Translations under genes and position numbers: made by a program
The notes under the pieces: model-generated
What the model saw: the letters and a program-made list of their open reading frames with translations, nothing else
Database searches by the model: none
Told to the model about the DNA's origin: nothing
In this document: positions 9,024-19,035 of the stretch, one piece after another
How positions within the stretch are numbered: the stretch's first letter is position 1
Layout of the letters: each line of letters opens with the position of its first letter
Source of the DNA: Candidatus Thorarchaeota archaeon
GTDB lineage: Archaea; Asgardarchaeota; Thorarchaeia; Thorarchaeales; Thorarchaeaceae
Assembly: GCA_048884785.1 (NCBI GenBank)
Contig: JBHLQM010000003.1
Location: 66,887-130,886 of the forward strand
Direction of reading: 5' to 3'
Length of the DNA: 64,000 bases

Positions 9024-10130
9024 TTGAGCAATGGAGAACCCATCAGGGTCGGTCTGATAGGTACGGGAAATATCGGAAAGACTCATCTTACCGGTATCGC
9101 AGCCTTGAGAGAAGCAGGGCTACTTAATGTGAAGATTACTGCTTTATGCGATGTTGATTCATTTGCTTTGTCATCTGCAGGAGAACTATTCGATGTAGAA
9201 ACTCTCTATGAAGACTACAATGACCTTGTTCAGGATAATAATGTGGATGTTGTCTATGTCTGTACTCCAACGAACAAACATAGTGATATGGTCAGAGCAG
9301 CTGCAGGCGCGCGGAAACAGATATTCTGCGAAAAACCTTTGGCACATAGCGCCCCTCAGGCAAGAGATCTACTTGCCGTAGCTCAAGACGCTGGAGTCAA
9401 AACTACGGTAGGATTAGTACTAAGATATGATCAGTTCTTGTTGTATGCCAAGAAGTTAATTGAAGAGAAGGATTTCGGGAAGCCCATGCTCGCTCATATC
9501 AGGGACGATCAGAGATTTCCGGTGGATTATATATATTACAGTCAATGGCGTGGAACTAAGGCGCAGGCAGGTGGCGGGACACTTATCGAACACAGTATTC
9601 ATGATATTGATTTGCTTCGCTGGTTTTTTGGGGACGTAGAAAGCGTCTATGCTCAGGTAAACCATTTCTCGGAGAAGGAAGTTGAAGATCATGCATCGAT
9701 AATCCTAACTCACAAGGGCGGCACTGTAAGCACGCTAGATTCTATTTGGCATTGGGTTGATAGGCCAAATGAACGATTTATTGAGATGTTTTTCCAAAAG
9801 GGCTACATCAGTATCCGGCTTGAAACTGGAAATAGGTACCTTGAATATCAACTCGAGGGTGATTCTCCAATTCGTGTTTGGAAGGAAAATGCTGATGATG
9901 CACTTCTTGCAGAACTTGGATTTCACTCACGAAACATCTCACCAGAAGCATTGAATGCAATCACCTCCATAGGTACTGAACGATTTGCGGCGATGAGTTT
10001 CTCATTCCTGAAGGCCATCCAAAGCAATACTATTCCAACTCCCAGCCTACAAGATGCTGTTGCGGCTCATCGAGTTGTTGATGCCGCATACGAATCATCA
10101 AACCGACAGCATCCTGTACCTATTCTATGA
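9024..10130 (+). CDS. Gfo/Idh/MocA oxidoreductase
   Basis: GLIGTGNIG, CEKP, GGGTLIEHSIHDID. Confidence 0.92.
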   Translation: MSNGEPIRVGLIGTGNIGKTHLTGIAALREAGLLNVKITALCDVDSFALSSAGELFDVETLYEDYNDLVQDNNVDVVYVCTPTNKHSDMVRAAAGARKQIFCEKPLAHSAPQARDLLAVAQDAGVKTTVGLVLRYDQFLLYAKKLIEEKDFGKPMLAHIRDDQRFPVDYIYYSQWRGTKAQAGGGTLIEHSIHDIDLLRWFFGDVESVYAQVNHFSEKEVEDHASIILTHKGGTVSTLDSIWHWVDRPNERFIEMFFQKGYISIRLETGNRYLEYQLEGDSPIRVWKENADDALLAELGFHSRNISPEALNAITSIGTERFAAMSFSFLKAIQSNTIPTPSLQDAVAAHRVVDAAYESSNRQHPVPIL

Positions 10131-10146
10131 TATATGAAAAGATGCC

Positions 10147-11574
10147 ATGAAGACACCCTTAAGTAGCAAAAAAATCGTTCTAGATTTGAACATGAAGCCA
10201 ATTCAGCTTAAGGATGCCGACCCCTCGAACTATGATGCGATCATTGCAGGAGGAGGCGCAGGGGGTCTTCTCACTGGACTTTCACTTACAAACGAGGGAA
10301 AGCGAGTTTTAGTATTGGAGAAGGCCGACCGACTTGGAGGAGTATGGCATAGCTATTGGATTGATGGTTACAGAGTTGACAATGGGCTGCATGTTATAAC
10401 TCGCGTAAAAACAGGTGCTTTCGCTCGATTCATGAGAACATATCTCTCGCCGCCCCCAGAGTTCATCTTACATGATGGGTGGTACTTTCGAGTCAATGAC
10501 AAAGTTGGTACTATCCCTACAAGCATTGGTGAAACCCTCCGCTGGCCGTTAACAGGACTACGCGGCCGTTTTGGGCTTGCTAGGATTGGGGCTAAGATCA
10601 AAACGATGAAGCTTGATGAAATGAAGAAGTACAAGGATATATCATTCCTAGACTTCATGAAATCAAGAGGGGCAACAAATCAGGTTATGCTTGATGTAAT
10701 GCAGAGTGCAATATACATGGCTGCAGGTGTTGGCATTGAGAAAGCATCTGCATACGAAGCGCTTAGAACGCTCAAGGATACTGATAAAGAGTCTACCAAA
10801 TTAGAATCTGCAAAGCGGCTTCTCTTTGGGACACAAGACTATGATGAGGGATATGTACTCGGAGGAATGGAGGGTCTCATCAGGCGAGTCATCGAAGCCA
10901 TCGATGGAGATTATGTCCTAAATGCTCCGGTTGAGAAGATTCATGAATCAAATGGAGAAGTGGTTGGGCTGACCGTTGCAGGTAATAGAGTTGAGCACAA
11001 GTGCATTATCAGCAATATTCCTCTCTGGGCAATGAACAAGATCGTGGCTTCGGATTCAGAAGCGAACGCCAGGTTCTTTGAGAAATGGAGTAATATTGTG
11101 CCTACTCATGGACTAACAGTGTGGCTTGGCCTAGATAGAGTCATTATTGGAGACCGAAAGAATCGAGTACTTGTTCATCCAAATCCAAATAGATGGATTG
11201 TGTCCATATCTAGCTTCGACCCTTCAAGTGCTCCCGAGGGTAAGGAGCTTGTTGCGATAGCCATGATGAGTATACCCGGCAAAACAGTCCAAGAACAGGT
11301 GGATATTCTTAAGGGAAATGGGCTGGAAGAATACTACCCTGGCCTTCTTGAGAATATAGAGATGGAGCATGTTCAATCATCATATGCCACAAGAGCCCAA
11401 CTTATTCCAGGACAGACCGACCTTGACAGACCTGGGCCAAAAACTCCCATCAAAGGTCTCTACATTGTTGGGACTGACACTGCAGGAAGTGGAGTCGGCT
11501 TGCAGCAAGCTGCAAACTCAGCTGAAGGTGTAGTAGCTGCAATGAAAGCGGATAGAGCCTTGAGCTTTGACTAA
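10147..11574 (+). CDS. FAD-dependent oxidoreductase, phytoene-dehydrogenase-like
   Basis: GGGAGG...VLEK..LGG FAD motif; APEGK; TPIKGLYIVG. Confidence 0.85.
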   Translation: MKTPLSSKKIVLDLNMKPIQLKDADPSNYDAIIAGGGAGGLLTGLSLTNEGKRVLVLEKADRLGGVWHSYWIDGYRVDNGLHVITRVKTGAFARFMRTYLSPPPEFILHDGWYFRVNDKVGTIPTSIGETLRWPLTGLRGRFGLARIGAKIKTMKLDEMKKYKDISFLDFMKSRGATNQVMLDVMQSAIYMAAGVGIEKASAYEALRTLKDTDKESTKLESAKRLLFGTQDYDEGYVLGGMEGLIRRVIEAIDGDYVLNAPVEKIHESNGEVVGLTVAGNRVEHKCIISNIPLWAMNKIVASDSEANARFFEKWSNIVPTHGLTVWLGLDRVIIGDRKNRVLVHPNPNRWIVSISSFDPSSAPEGKELVAIAMMSIPGKTVQEQVDILKGNGLEEYYPGLLENIEMEHVQSSYATRAQLIPGQTDLDRPGPKTPIKGLYIVGTDTAGSGVGLQQAANSAEGVVAAMKADRALSFD

Positions 11575-12841
11575 ACAAAGGAAATCAATCGAAATGGACG
11601 AACTTAGTGAGTCAAAATCTGAGCAAACACTGCAAAACGGTGTAAGTAGGACCGTCCCATTATTGGGCCTTTTGACTCTCCTTACTATTGGAGCTGCGGC
11701 ACTACTTCATGTTAACCAACCAGAATTCATTCTTGATCGTTTTCCAGGTATAACAGAGTTTGATTATTCACTCTTTGATAGCATGCTTTACCTTTCCTAT
11801 TTGATTGTGGGAATCTTGACCGGTATATTCTCGGACCGGTGGAAGAAACGCAGACTCTTTGTGTTTGTTGGAGCTTTTGGTTCAATCCCGTTTTACTATC
11901 TCATGACAACGGCGCCATCCTACTCCCTGCTTCTTCTCTACCGCTTCATACAAGGGTCATTCACGGTTATGATATGGCAGACGATGATGACCATGGCGCT
12001 TGATCATTCCAACATACAGAACCGTGGAAAGAGCATGGGCGTTTTTGGAGCCTTTTTGGCTCTGGCGATGGGAATGGGTCCAGCAGTTGGAGGTCTAGTT
12101 GCATCTTATGGTGTCTTTATGCCATACTACACAGCGTCCGGGATTAATGTCGTTGTTCTCCTAATTGCATTTTTAGCGTTAAGGGAACCGCTACTCCCGA
12201 AGAGCAGACCCTCACTAGTTGAAAGCATCTCGATAGCTCGGAGGCAGCCGAGATTGTTTATTCCTGGGTTGTTCAATTTTATCGATAGGTTGCACATAGG
12301 CTTCATTCTAACTGCTCTGCCTCTATTCCTCTCTGTAGTACTTGGTGTATCAGAATCGCTGCGTGGAATGTCGCTTGCCATTTTTGCCCTGCCTTTCATT
12401 ATTCTGCAGTACCCTATGGGAAGATTCTCTGACAAACATGGTCGTTATGGTCCATTAATCATTGGAAGCATTGGGTATGGAATAACGTTGATGTTGGTAG
12501 GATACCTAGGTTCTTTTGGCTTTACGGTTCTCCTGCTAATGCTGGCCATTCTTGGTATATTCTCTGGAGTTACAGCTCCGCCTTCAATGGCTTTGGTTGG
12601 TGATGTTACTAGTCAGAATGATTCTGCAATGGCAATGGGGTTCTTCAATTTTCTGGGAAATGTCGGAATCACCGTTGGTCCTCTCCTGTTTGGAGTAGTG
12701 ATTCTATTCTCAGATTTTATTGCTGCTTTTGCGATAGCAGGTCTACTTGAGCTGGCAACTTTGAGTGTGAACCTGGTTCTCATCAGAATCCTATCTTCCC
12801 ACAAAAAGCAGCATTTTTATCCACGAAAACAAGCCAAATAA
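11567..12841 (+). CDS. MFS transporter
   Basis: About 12 TM; motif A GIFSDRWKKRR and GRFSDKHGR. Confidence 0.9.
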   Translation: MTKQRKSIEMDELSESKSEQTLQNGVSRTVPLLGLLTLLTIGAAALLHVNQPEFILDRFPGITEFDYSLFDSMLYLSYLIVGILTGIFSDRWKKRRLFVFVGAFGSIPFYYLMTTAPSYSLLLLYRFIQGSFTVMIWQTMMTMALDHSNIQNRGKSMGVFGAFLALAMGMGPAVGGLVASYGVFMPYYTASGINVVVLLIAFLALREPLLPKSRPSLVESISIARRQPRLFIPGLFNFIDRLHIGFILTALPLFLSVVLGVSESLRGMSLAIFALPFIILQYPMGRFSDKHGRYGPLIIGSIGYGITLMLVGYLGSFGFTVLLLMLAILGIFSGVTAPPSMALVGDVTSQNDSAMAMGFFNFLGNVGITVGPLLFGVVILFSDFIAAFAIAGLLELATLSVNLVLIRILSSHKKQHFYPRKQAK

Positions 12842-12845
12842 TCAC

Positions 12846-13226
12846 ATGCCGGTAACTGAAATAACTCTTGGAGTGTTACTCACTTTCATTGGGATGATTA
12901 TCTCTCTCATCATTGGCAGCCTTGGTGGTAAGGAATATCGCTGGTTGGTGCCTTCTGTTTTGCTGTTTGGAATTGGAATCCCCCTTCTGATGTTTTCTAC
13001 TTACCTCAGTTTTTCATCCCACGTTGTTGCGATTGATTGGCCTCGAAGTGCATTTTGGAGTGAACCATATTTGGCTTCAGCAATTGGATGCTGGGCTGGA
13101 GGATTCCTCGGCATCAAAGCAGGGTCGATTTGGTCACGAGATGATGATAGATCTTGCCTGCAATGTTCTCTAGTTCCTGTCTTTTTATTGCTTCTGGGAT
13201 CTATCATTCTTCTTGCTATGCCTTAG
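12846..13226 (+). CDS. Small 4-TM membrane protein
   Basis: Four hydrophobic segments; directly follows the MFS gene. Confidence 0.65.
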   Translation: MPVTEITLGVLLTFIGMIISLIIGSLGGKEYRWLVPSVLLFGIGIPLLMFSTYLSFSSHVVAIDWPRSAFWSEPYLASAIGCWAGGFLGIKAGSIWSRDDDRSCLQCSLVPVFLLLLGSIILLAMP

Positions 13227-13448
13227 TATTGGATTTAGTAGATTGGAGAAGAACCGAAGGATGTAGTTCCTTTCTCTGCACCAAAACTCATTTCTTCAAA
13301 TCCGAAACCTCCATAGGATAGATATCTGATTCGGTTTCTTTGAAAGAGATATCAGTCCCTGATTTGTGTAATGAACGAAACAGTTTTGTTACACCGATGT
13401 CGGGCAAAGATTAGTCAAGAGGCTTCTATTCCTCAGGAGTCAATTAAG

Positions 13449-14009
13449 ATGCCAATGATTGAGATTCGCTGGCACGGCCGTGGCGGGCAGGGCGGCGTTA
13501 CATCTGCCGAGTTGCTGGCAAAGGCAGCGTATTACGATGGTTTCAAAGGTGTGCAGGCATTTCCCTATTTCGGAGCAGAGAGGCGAGGGGCACCTGTTAA
13601 GGCCTTTACGAGAATCTCTGATAGAGAGATAAATGTAAGAAGTCAAATCTACGAACCCAATATTGTTGCTGTGCTTGATCCTGGGATTGTTGATTTAATA
13701 GATCCTGCAGAAGGTATCCAAGAAGATGGTATAATTATTATCAACACAACAAAGAAACCCTCCGATTTTCATTACGGTTCAGCCAAAGTGTGGACATATG
13801 ATGGAACTGGAATAGCGCTACGATATGGTCTCTTGGTCGCGGGTTTACCCGTCGTAAACACTACAATGCTAGGCGCATTTGCCAAAGCCACAAGTCTTGT
13901 TAAGTTGGACACAGTTCAGAGAGTCATCCAGGAACGATGGCCCGGAAAAGTTGGCGAGAAGAATGCCGTTGGAGCTAAGGAGGCCTACGATACCTGTACT
14001 AGCAAATAG
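13449..14009 (+). CDS. porC: Pyruvate/2-oxoacid:ferredoxin oxidoreductase gamma subunit
   Basis: EIRWHGRGGQG, FGAERRGAPV, VNTTMLGA; start set at ATG 13449. Confidence 0.92.
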   Translation: MPMIEIRWHGRGGQGGVTSAELLAKAAYYDGFKGVQAFPYFGAERRGAPVKAFTRISDREINVRSQIYEPNIVAVLDPGIVDLIDPAEGIQEDGIIIINTTKKPSDFHYGSAKVWTYDGTGIALRYGLLVAGLPVVNTTMLGAFAKATSLVKLDTVQRVIQERWPGKVGEKNAVGAKEAYDTCTSK

Positions 14010-14062
14010 CCTCGCTGTCTGTCCGTGAATAATAGTTGTAGCCTGTAAAATCACAATGTACT

Positions 14063-14836
14063 CTATGCAAACATCCTCTCGTATCCTTTTCGCGAAGCTT
14101 GCCCTCTTCTCATTCCTTCTACAGTTTCTGCAACTTCTCCCATCTGCTCACGTATTTTATCGCCACTCTCTTGGAGTTCAGTCACTTCAACACCAACATT
14201 GTAAAGTCTATTCAGGGCCTGGAGAAGCTTTACTGCACCTTCTGGGTCTGGAATCATAATGATTGCTGGAGTCAGTAATGCAAAGCCAACCATCGAACGG
14301 CAGAGAGTTTCTGACAAGATTGAGCCTGCGATTCCAGTTATTATTCCCTTCTGGAGAATCTCCATTTCGGAATCCGCCTCTAGGTCCTTGATTTTTTCTT
14401 CTTCGGATGCGTAAAGCACCTTTCTACTCAAAGGAAGACCTTGAACCGGTATCCCATCGAGTACAACGGTTTCTTTAACTCCAAGCTGGGCTGCCCAGTC
14501 AAGAAGAATTGAACTAACTTGGTACATTCCTTCTTCTGCAACAGGCAGCTCTGTTGTGACAACAAGAAGGTTCTTCTCCTCGCTCGCATAAATCCTAAAG
14601 GGATGCCTCAATCTTCCATCGATGAAGACTGATGCTGAGGGCATATACTTGGATCTCACGTGCGCAATTTCCTTCATCTTGAATTGCTCAATTATTGTAT
14701 TTGCAGCAATTGTTCCAACAACACCGGCAGATGGAAACCCACAGACCAATAGCGGCTGTTCTAAATCAACATCTACTGTCTGTACAACCTGCGCATCCGG
14801 AGCTCCCAGAATTTTCGCTTCGCACTCCTTACTCAT
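14063..14836 (-). CDS. PAC2 family proteasome assembly chaperone
   Basis: GFPSAGVVG, HPFRIY, PDPEGA motifs. Confidence 0.9.
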   Translation of the reverse strand: MSKECEAKILGAPDAQVVQTVDVDLEQPLLVCGFPSAGVVGTIAANTIIEQFKMKEIAHVRSKYMPSASVFIDGRLRHPFRIYASEEKNLLVVTTELPVAEEGMYQVSSILLDWAAQLGVKETVVLDGIPVQGLPLSRKVLYASEEEKIKDLEADSEMEILQKGIITGIAGSILSETLCRSMVGFALLTPAIIMIPDPEGAVKLLQALNRLYNVGVEVTELQESGDKIREQMGEVAETVEGMRRGQASRKGYERMFA

Positions 14837-14991
14837 CAGAAAATGACCTCCATTATCTATGGTAATATGCTACATTATTAAGTTTGGGCAATCGAGGATT
14901 TATCATGGGAATGAATTGAAAAGGATGGCATAGGATTCCTTTTTGGAATGAGTAGTGAATCAATGAATAGCCATCATAGGAGATAACTGCC

Positions 14992-16158
14992 ATGCGTTAC
15001 CGGACTCGAGATATACGTCCACCTCCGATAGTCAAACTTGCAGAGGTTGCGAAAAAATACATTGGCTCGTCAAACTTCTTAGATCTTGGACAGGGTGTAT
15101 CTGGCCATATACCGCCGAACAGTGTTCTGTCTGCTTTGGGTGAACGAATTTATCATCCTGCGACGCACAGATATACTCCTAATCAGGGGCATCTCGAACT
15201 TCGAGAAGAGCTTGCTCTCTATCTTCGTCAGTCCTCAGGAATTGACATTGACCCAGAAGGAGAATTAACAATTACTGCCGGAGGTAACCAAGCTTTTGCA
15301 AGTACAATCCTTACACTTGTGGAACCCGGTGATGAAGTGATCATGCCCTCTCCATACTACTTCAATTCAGTTATGGCCGTTCAACTTGCTGGAGGAATAG
15401 TAAAAGAAGTCCCTGTCAATCATGAGTTTCAGCCAACTCCACACGCAATCGAGGAAGCAATCACTGACAGAACAAAATGCGTCCTTCTTGTTTCGCCTAA
15501 CAACCCCACAGGTGCAGTATACGATCAAAGGACTGTAGATCATATTGTAGACATCTGTTTGCAGAATGATATTATTCTCATATCGGATGAAGCATATGCC
15601 CGGCTTGTATTTGATGATCATACTCACTATAGCCCTCGAAAAAGACGAGATGCTTCTGAAAATGTCATAGTCCTAGGTAGTTTCTCAAAGGATTTTGGAA
15701 TAAGCGGCTGGAGAATTGGGTATACCATTGGTTCACATGAGTTCATGGAGGAATTCCTCAAGGTTCAGGATACAATCTCTATCTGCGCTCCTACCGGTGG
15801 ACAGATTTTGGCCCTAGAAGCCCTGAAATCTGATTTGACTTGGGTAGAAGACGAGATCAATCGTTTGAGTCACCTACGTGAATTTGCATACCTTAGAATA
15901 CGCGAAATCGATGCCCTCGAAACAGTCGAAACAAAGGGCACTTTCTATCTCTTTCCAAAAGTGAAGGGGTGCAGAGATTCTCGGGCGTTGGTCCTCGATA
16001 TTCTGCAATCTACTGAAACCCTCGTACTTCCTGGGAGTGTTTTTGGAGAGGCCGGGGAAGGACATGTTAGAATCTCAATTGGTCCTTTGACACCCGATGC
16101 AGTGAATACTGCCTTTGACAGGCTAGCCAACTTCTTTGCTAGCTACAGTTCCGAATAA
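14992..16158 (+). CDS. Class I/II PLP-dependent aminotransferase
   Basis: PNNPTG, SDEAY, SFSKDFGISGWRIG. Confidence 0.92.
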   Translation: MRYRTRDIRPPPIVKLAEVAKKYIGSSNFLDLGQGVSGHIPPNSVLSALGERIYHPATHRYTPNQGHLELREELALYLRQSSGIDIDPEGELTITAGGNQAFASTILTLVEPGDEVIMPSPYYFNSVMAVQLAGGIVKEVPVNHEFQPTPHAIEEAITDRTKCVLLVSPNNPTGAVYDQRTVDHIVDICLQNDIILISDEAYARLVFDDHTHYSPRKRRDASENVIVLGSFSKDFGISGWRIGYTIGSHEFMEEFLKVQDTISICAPTGGQILALEALKSDLTWVEDEINRLSHLREFAYLRIREIDALETVETKGTFYLFPKVKGCRDSRALVLDILQSTETLVLPGSVFGEAGEGHVRISIGPLTPDAVNTAFDRLANFFASYSSE

Positions 16159-17447
16159 GCTTCCCACTCCCACTCAGTAACAATCTCATTGAGATAGTGG
16201 TTCCATTCCCTGCGTTTGATGGTAATGAACCTAGCAACTATCTCCTTGCCAATTCCGTTCTTTATCACATCATCCGCATCAAGAGAGTCCAAAGCTTCCC
16301 CAAGACTAGCTGGGAGAGCTACAATTCCAATACTCTTTTTTTCTTCTTCTGTCATGGTGAAAATGTCTTTGCTTGTTGGATCAATAGGAACTAGATTTTT
16401 GGCAACACCGTCCATTCCTGCAACAAGTATTGCAGAGAATAGTAGATATGGATTCGTCATCGGATCTGGGGACCGCAATTCTATAGCTGCCTTTTCGCTG
16501 GTTTCAAAGAGCGGAATACGGACAAGTGCTGTACGATTCATCATTCCCCAAGAGATGTAAACGGGTGCCTCGTGATGAGGTACTAGTCGCTTATAGGAAT
16601 TCACTGTAGGATTGGCAATAGCTGTGATTGCAGGGGCATGAACCAAGAGCCCTGCAATGAAGCTTCTTGCAAGATCTGAAAGGTCATTTGTGAAATCATC
16701 CCCAAAGAGATTCTTTTCGCCTTTCCACAATTGGAGATGACAGTGAAGCCCACTTCCAGCAGCATTCTCAAAGGGTTTGGGCATGAAGTTAACTGTAATT
16801 CCTGAATCCTCTGCAATAGCTCTTGCAATATTCTTGAATGCGATGAGGTTGTCCGCCATCGTCCGTATATCATCATAGTCAATTTCTATCTCTTGCTGGG
16901 ATTCCCCACCCTCATGATGAGCAACTCGGGGGACCATACCCACTCCCTGAATGGAACTTGCTATTTCAAGAAGAACATCCATTGCGGGACTAGCAGGATA
17001 GGTATCGGCGTAGGCACTAGTATCGAATTTTTCGCCTTCTGGCGTTACAAAGTGGAATTCAGGTTCAATTTTGATTCTCAGCGATGTGTCATCTTTCAGC
17101 AAGCTTTCGCATATTCGATGAAGAACCCCCCGTGAATCCGTAGGGTAGTATTCCTTGGTTCCCTTGGACCCTTTTTCACGAATAAAGCACATCACTGCCG
17201 CAGTTCTACGCAAAGAATATGGAAGCTCTACCAAGGATGCTGAATCGGGACTCATGCGAAGATCAGATGCCTCAACTCGAGAAAGGCCCACGATTGAACT
17301 GCCATCAATACTAGTTCCATTCTCTAGAATAGGATCCTCGCCAACTTCTGCAATGGAATCTGCCGGTTTACATGGCACAACCATTGCTTTAAGCCGACCT
17401 AGAATATCAACAGTACGAAGCTCAATATACTCAATTTTATCAGACAT
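16143..17447 (-). CDS. glnA: Glutamine synthetase type I family
   Basis: HHE..QQEI, FMPKP..GSGLHCH, NSYKRL, NRTALVRIP, IELRSPD. Confidence 0.88.
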   Translation of the reverse strand: MSDKIEYIELRTVDILGRLKAMVVPCKPADSIAEVGEDPILENGTSIDGSSIVGLSRVEASDLRMSPDSASLVELPYSLRRTAAVMCFIREKGSKGTKEYYPTDSRGVLHRICESLLKDDTSLRIKIEPEFHFVTPEGEKFDTSAYADTYPASPAMDVLLEIASSIQGVGMVPRVAHHEGGESQQEIEIDYDDIRTMADNLIAFKNIARAIAEDSGITVNFMPKPFENAAGSGLHCHLQLWKGEKNLFGDDFTNDLSDLARSFIAGLLVHAPAITAIANPTVNSYKRLVPHHEAPVYISWGMMNRTALVRIPLFETSEKAAIELRSPDPMTNPYLLFSAILVAGMDGVAKNLVPIDPTSKDIFTMTEEEKKSIGIVALPASLGEALDSLDADDVIKNGIGKEIVARFITIKRREWNHYLNEIVTEWEWEAYSEL

Positions 17448-17509
17448 CTAGTCAAGCCCCTGCCCGTGGGCATGCTGAAATCGCATAGCAGCTACTAAAA
17501 AACCTGTTC

Positions 17510-17833
17510 TTAGCCCCATAGTTCCTTATACCATGCTTCTGCATCATCCCTGAGTTCAAGTCTAATTGAACCCGTTGCAACACTAACCTCTTCCCCCTCC
17601 TTTATCTCAAAATTCAATGCGGATATGCGTATACCATTTTTCTCAAGGTGTACATTTCCAATATTTCGTGCATGAAGTCTAGCTATCCTCTTCCCTCCAT
17701 CAATCACAAGCATAAGATCCTCATAGGTAACATTAGATTTCATTTTGAACCTCTGATCCCTGAATTCGCCCATATGAATCTCAAGGTTTTCGAATTCAGC
17801 CTTGACTTCTTCTGCTTTCATTTTCCTCAGCAA
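17510..17833 (-). CDS. Hypothetical protein, possible PH-like fold
   Basis: Beta-rich 107 aa ending in an amphipathic helix DAEAWYKEL. Confidence 0.65.
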   Translation of the reverse strand: MLRKMKAEEVKAEFENLEIHMGEFRDQRFKMKSNVTYEDLMLVIDGGKRIARLHARNIGNVHLEKNGIRISALNFEIKEGEEVSVATGSIRLELRDDAEAWYKELWG

Positions 17834-17917
17834 TAGGTTGGAGCCGCTCCCTTTTGAATCTCATCATTAAAACAATCTAAAAACGCAAGATAGAAACATA
17901 CTTGCTTCTCATACAGA

Positions 17918-18742
17918 ATGAGTTCAATGCAACCAGGACTACATATAGGGACTAGTGGGTGGTCCTACAAGGAAGACTGGAAGGGAATTTTCTATCACCC
18001 TCACTCACCAATGCTTCAACAATACTTTTCATATTTTGATACAGCTGAGATTAATTCCTCCTTTTACTCACTGCCACGTCCTAGTGTTGTAGAACGACTT
18101 CGAACTGGTCTCCCAGAGAGCAAGTTCTTCACAGCCAAACTTCCAAAGGATGTAACCCACAACTGCAAACTCCACCTTAATGGAGAAGGCGGGGCTGTAT
18201 TGGAGAAATTCTTTGAACTAATGCATATCTTAGAACCACGTCTAGAAGCTTTGCTAATTCAACTGCCTCCTTTTGATATTAGCACAATGGGTGATCTCGA
18301 AACTTTCCTAGCCTCGCTTGATACCTCTTTCAGGTACGCAATCGAATTTCGCCATGAAAGTTGGTTGTCTTCTAACACTTGGAATATGCTTGAGAAGTAT
18401 CAAATTGCACACTGTGTTGTAGATGAACCTAAACTGCAAATTGACACACGCGTGACTACTGATTTTTCATATATCCGATGGCATGGGCATGGGGAGGATA
18501 TATGGTACAAATATCGGTATTCTCTTGAAGAGCTGGAAAAATGGAGGCCCTTGCTTTCCGAGATACATGGTCAGACTGATACTATTCTAGGGTATTTCAA
18601 CAACCATTTCTTTGGTTATGCACCCTTCAATGCACTTCAGATGCTTCAGCTATTGGAGAAAAGTAATCCATTGCAAGATGAGAAACTTGAGAAAATGAAA
18701 AAAGCTTTCTCTCAGCGGCAAACCACCTTGGATTTTTTCTAG
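17918..18742 (+). CDS. DUF72 family protein
   Basis: IGTSGWSY, EINSSFY, QLPP, EFRH, YIRWHG, YFNN. Confidence 0.92.
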   Translation: MSSMQPGLHIGTSGWSYKEDWKGIFYHPHSPMLQQYFSYFDTAEINSSFYSLPRPSVVERLRTGLPESKFFTAKLPKDVTHNCKLHLNGEGGAVLEKFFELMHILEPRLEALLIQLPPFDISTMGDLETFLASLDTSFRYAIEFRHESWLSSNTWNMLEKYQIAHCVVDEPKLQIDTRVTTDFSYIRWHGHGEDIWYKYRYSLEELEKWRPLLSEIHGQTDTILGYFNNHFFGYAPFNALQMLQLLEKSNPLQDEKLEKMKKAFSQRQTTLDFF

Positions 18743-19035
18743 CAGAACCCTTATTGCTACTCCCTTCCAATCTTTTCCTGATATGCTCACAGTCGCATTC
18801 ACATCGGAAATTCTGTATGTACTGCTTGCCTTGGTGGCATATTGGCTGGATAAGAAGAAACGCTTTGCTCTTTGAATGCTTAAACAGCTGTGTGCATGGG
18901 AACGGTAGTAACAAATTGTGTCCTCAAGTTGTGCCCCTATTTTATATACGTATATGAAGAGATTTCAATAGGTTGATACCTTGAGTTGTCACGGGATTAT
19001 ATGCCGTTGACTCTTTATGTTGAAAGAGGTTTAGA

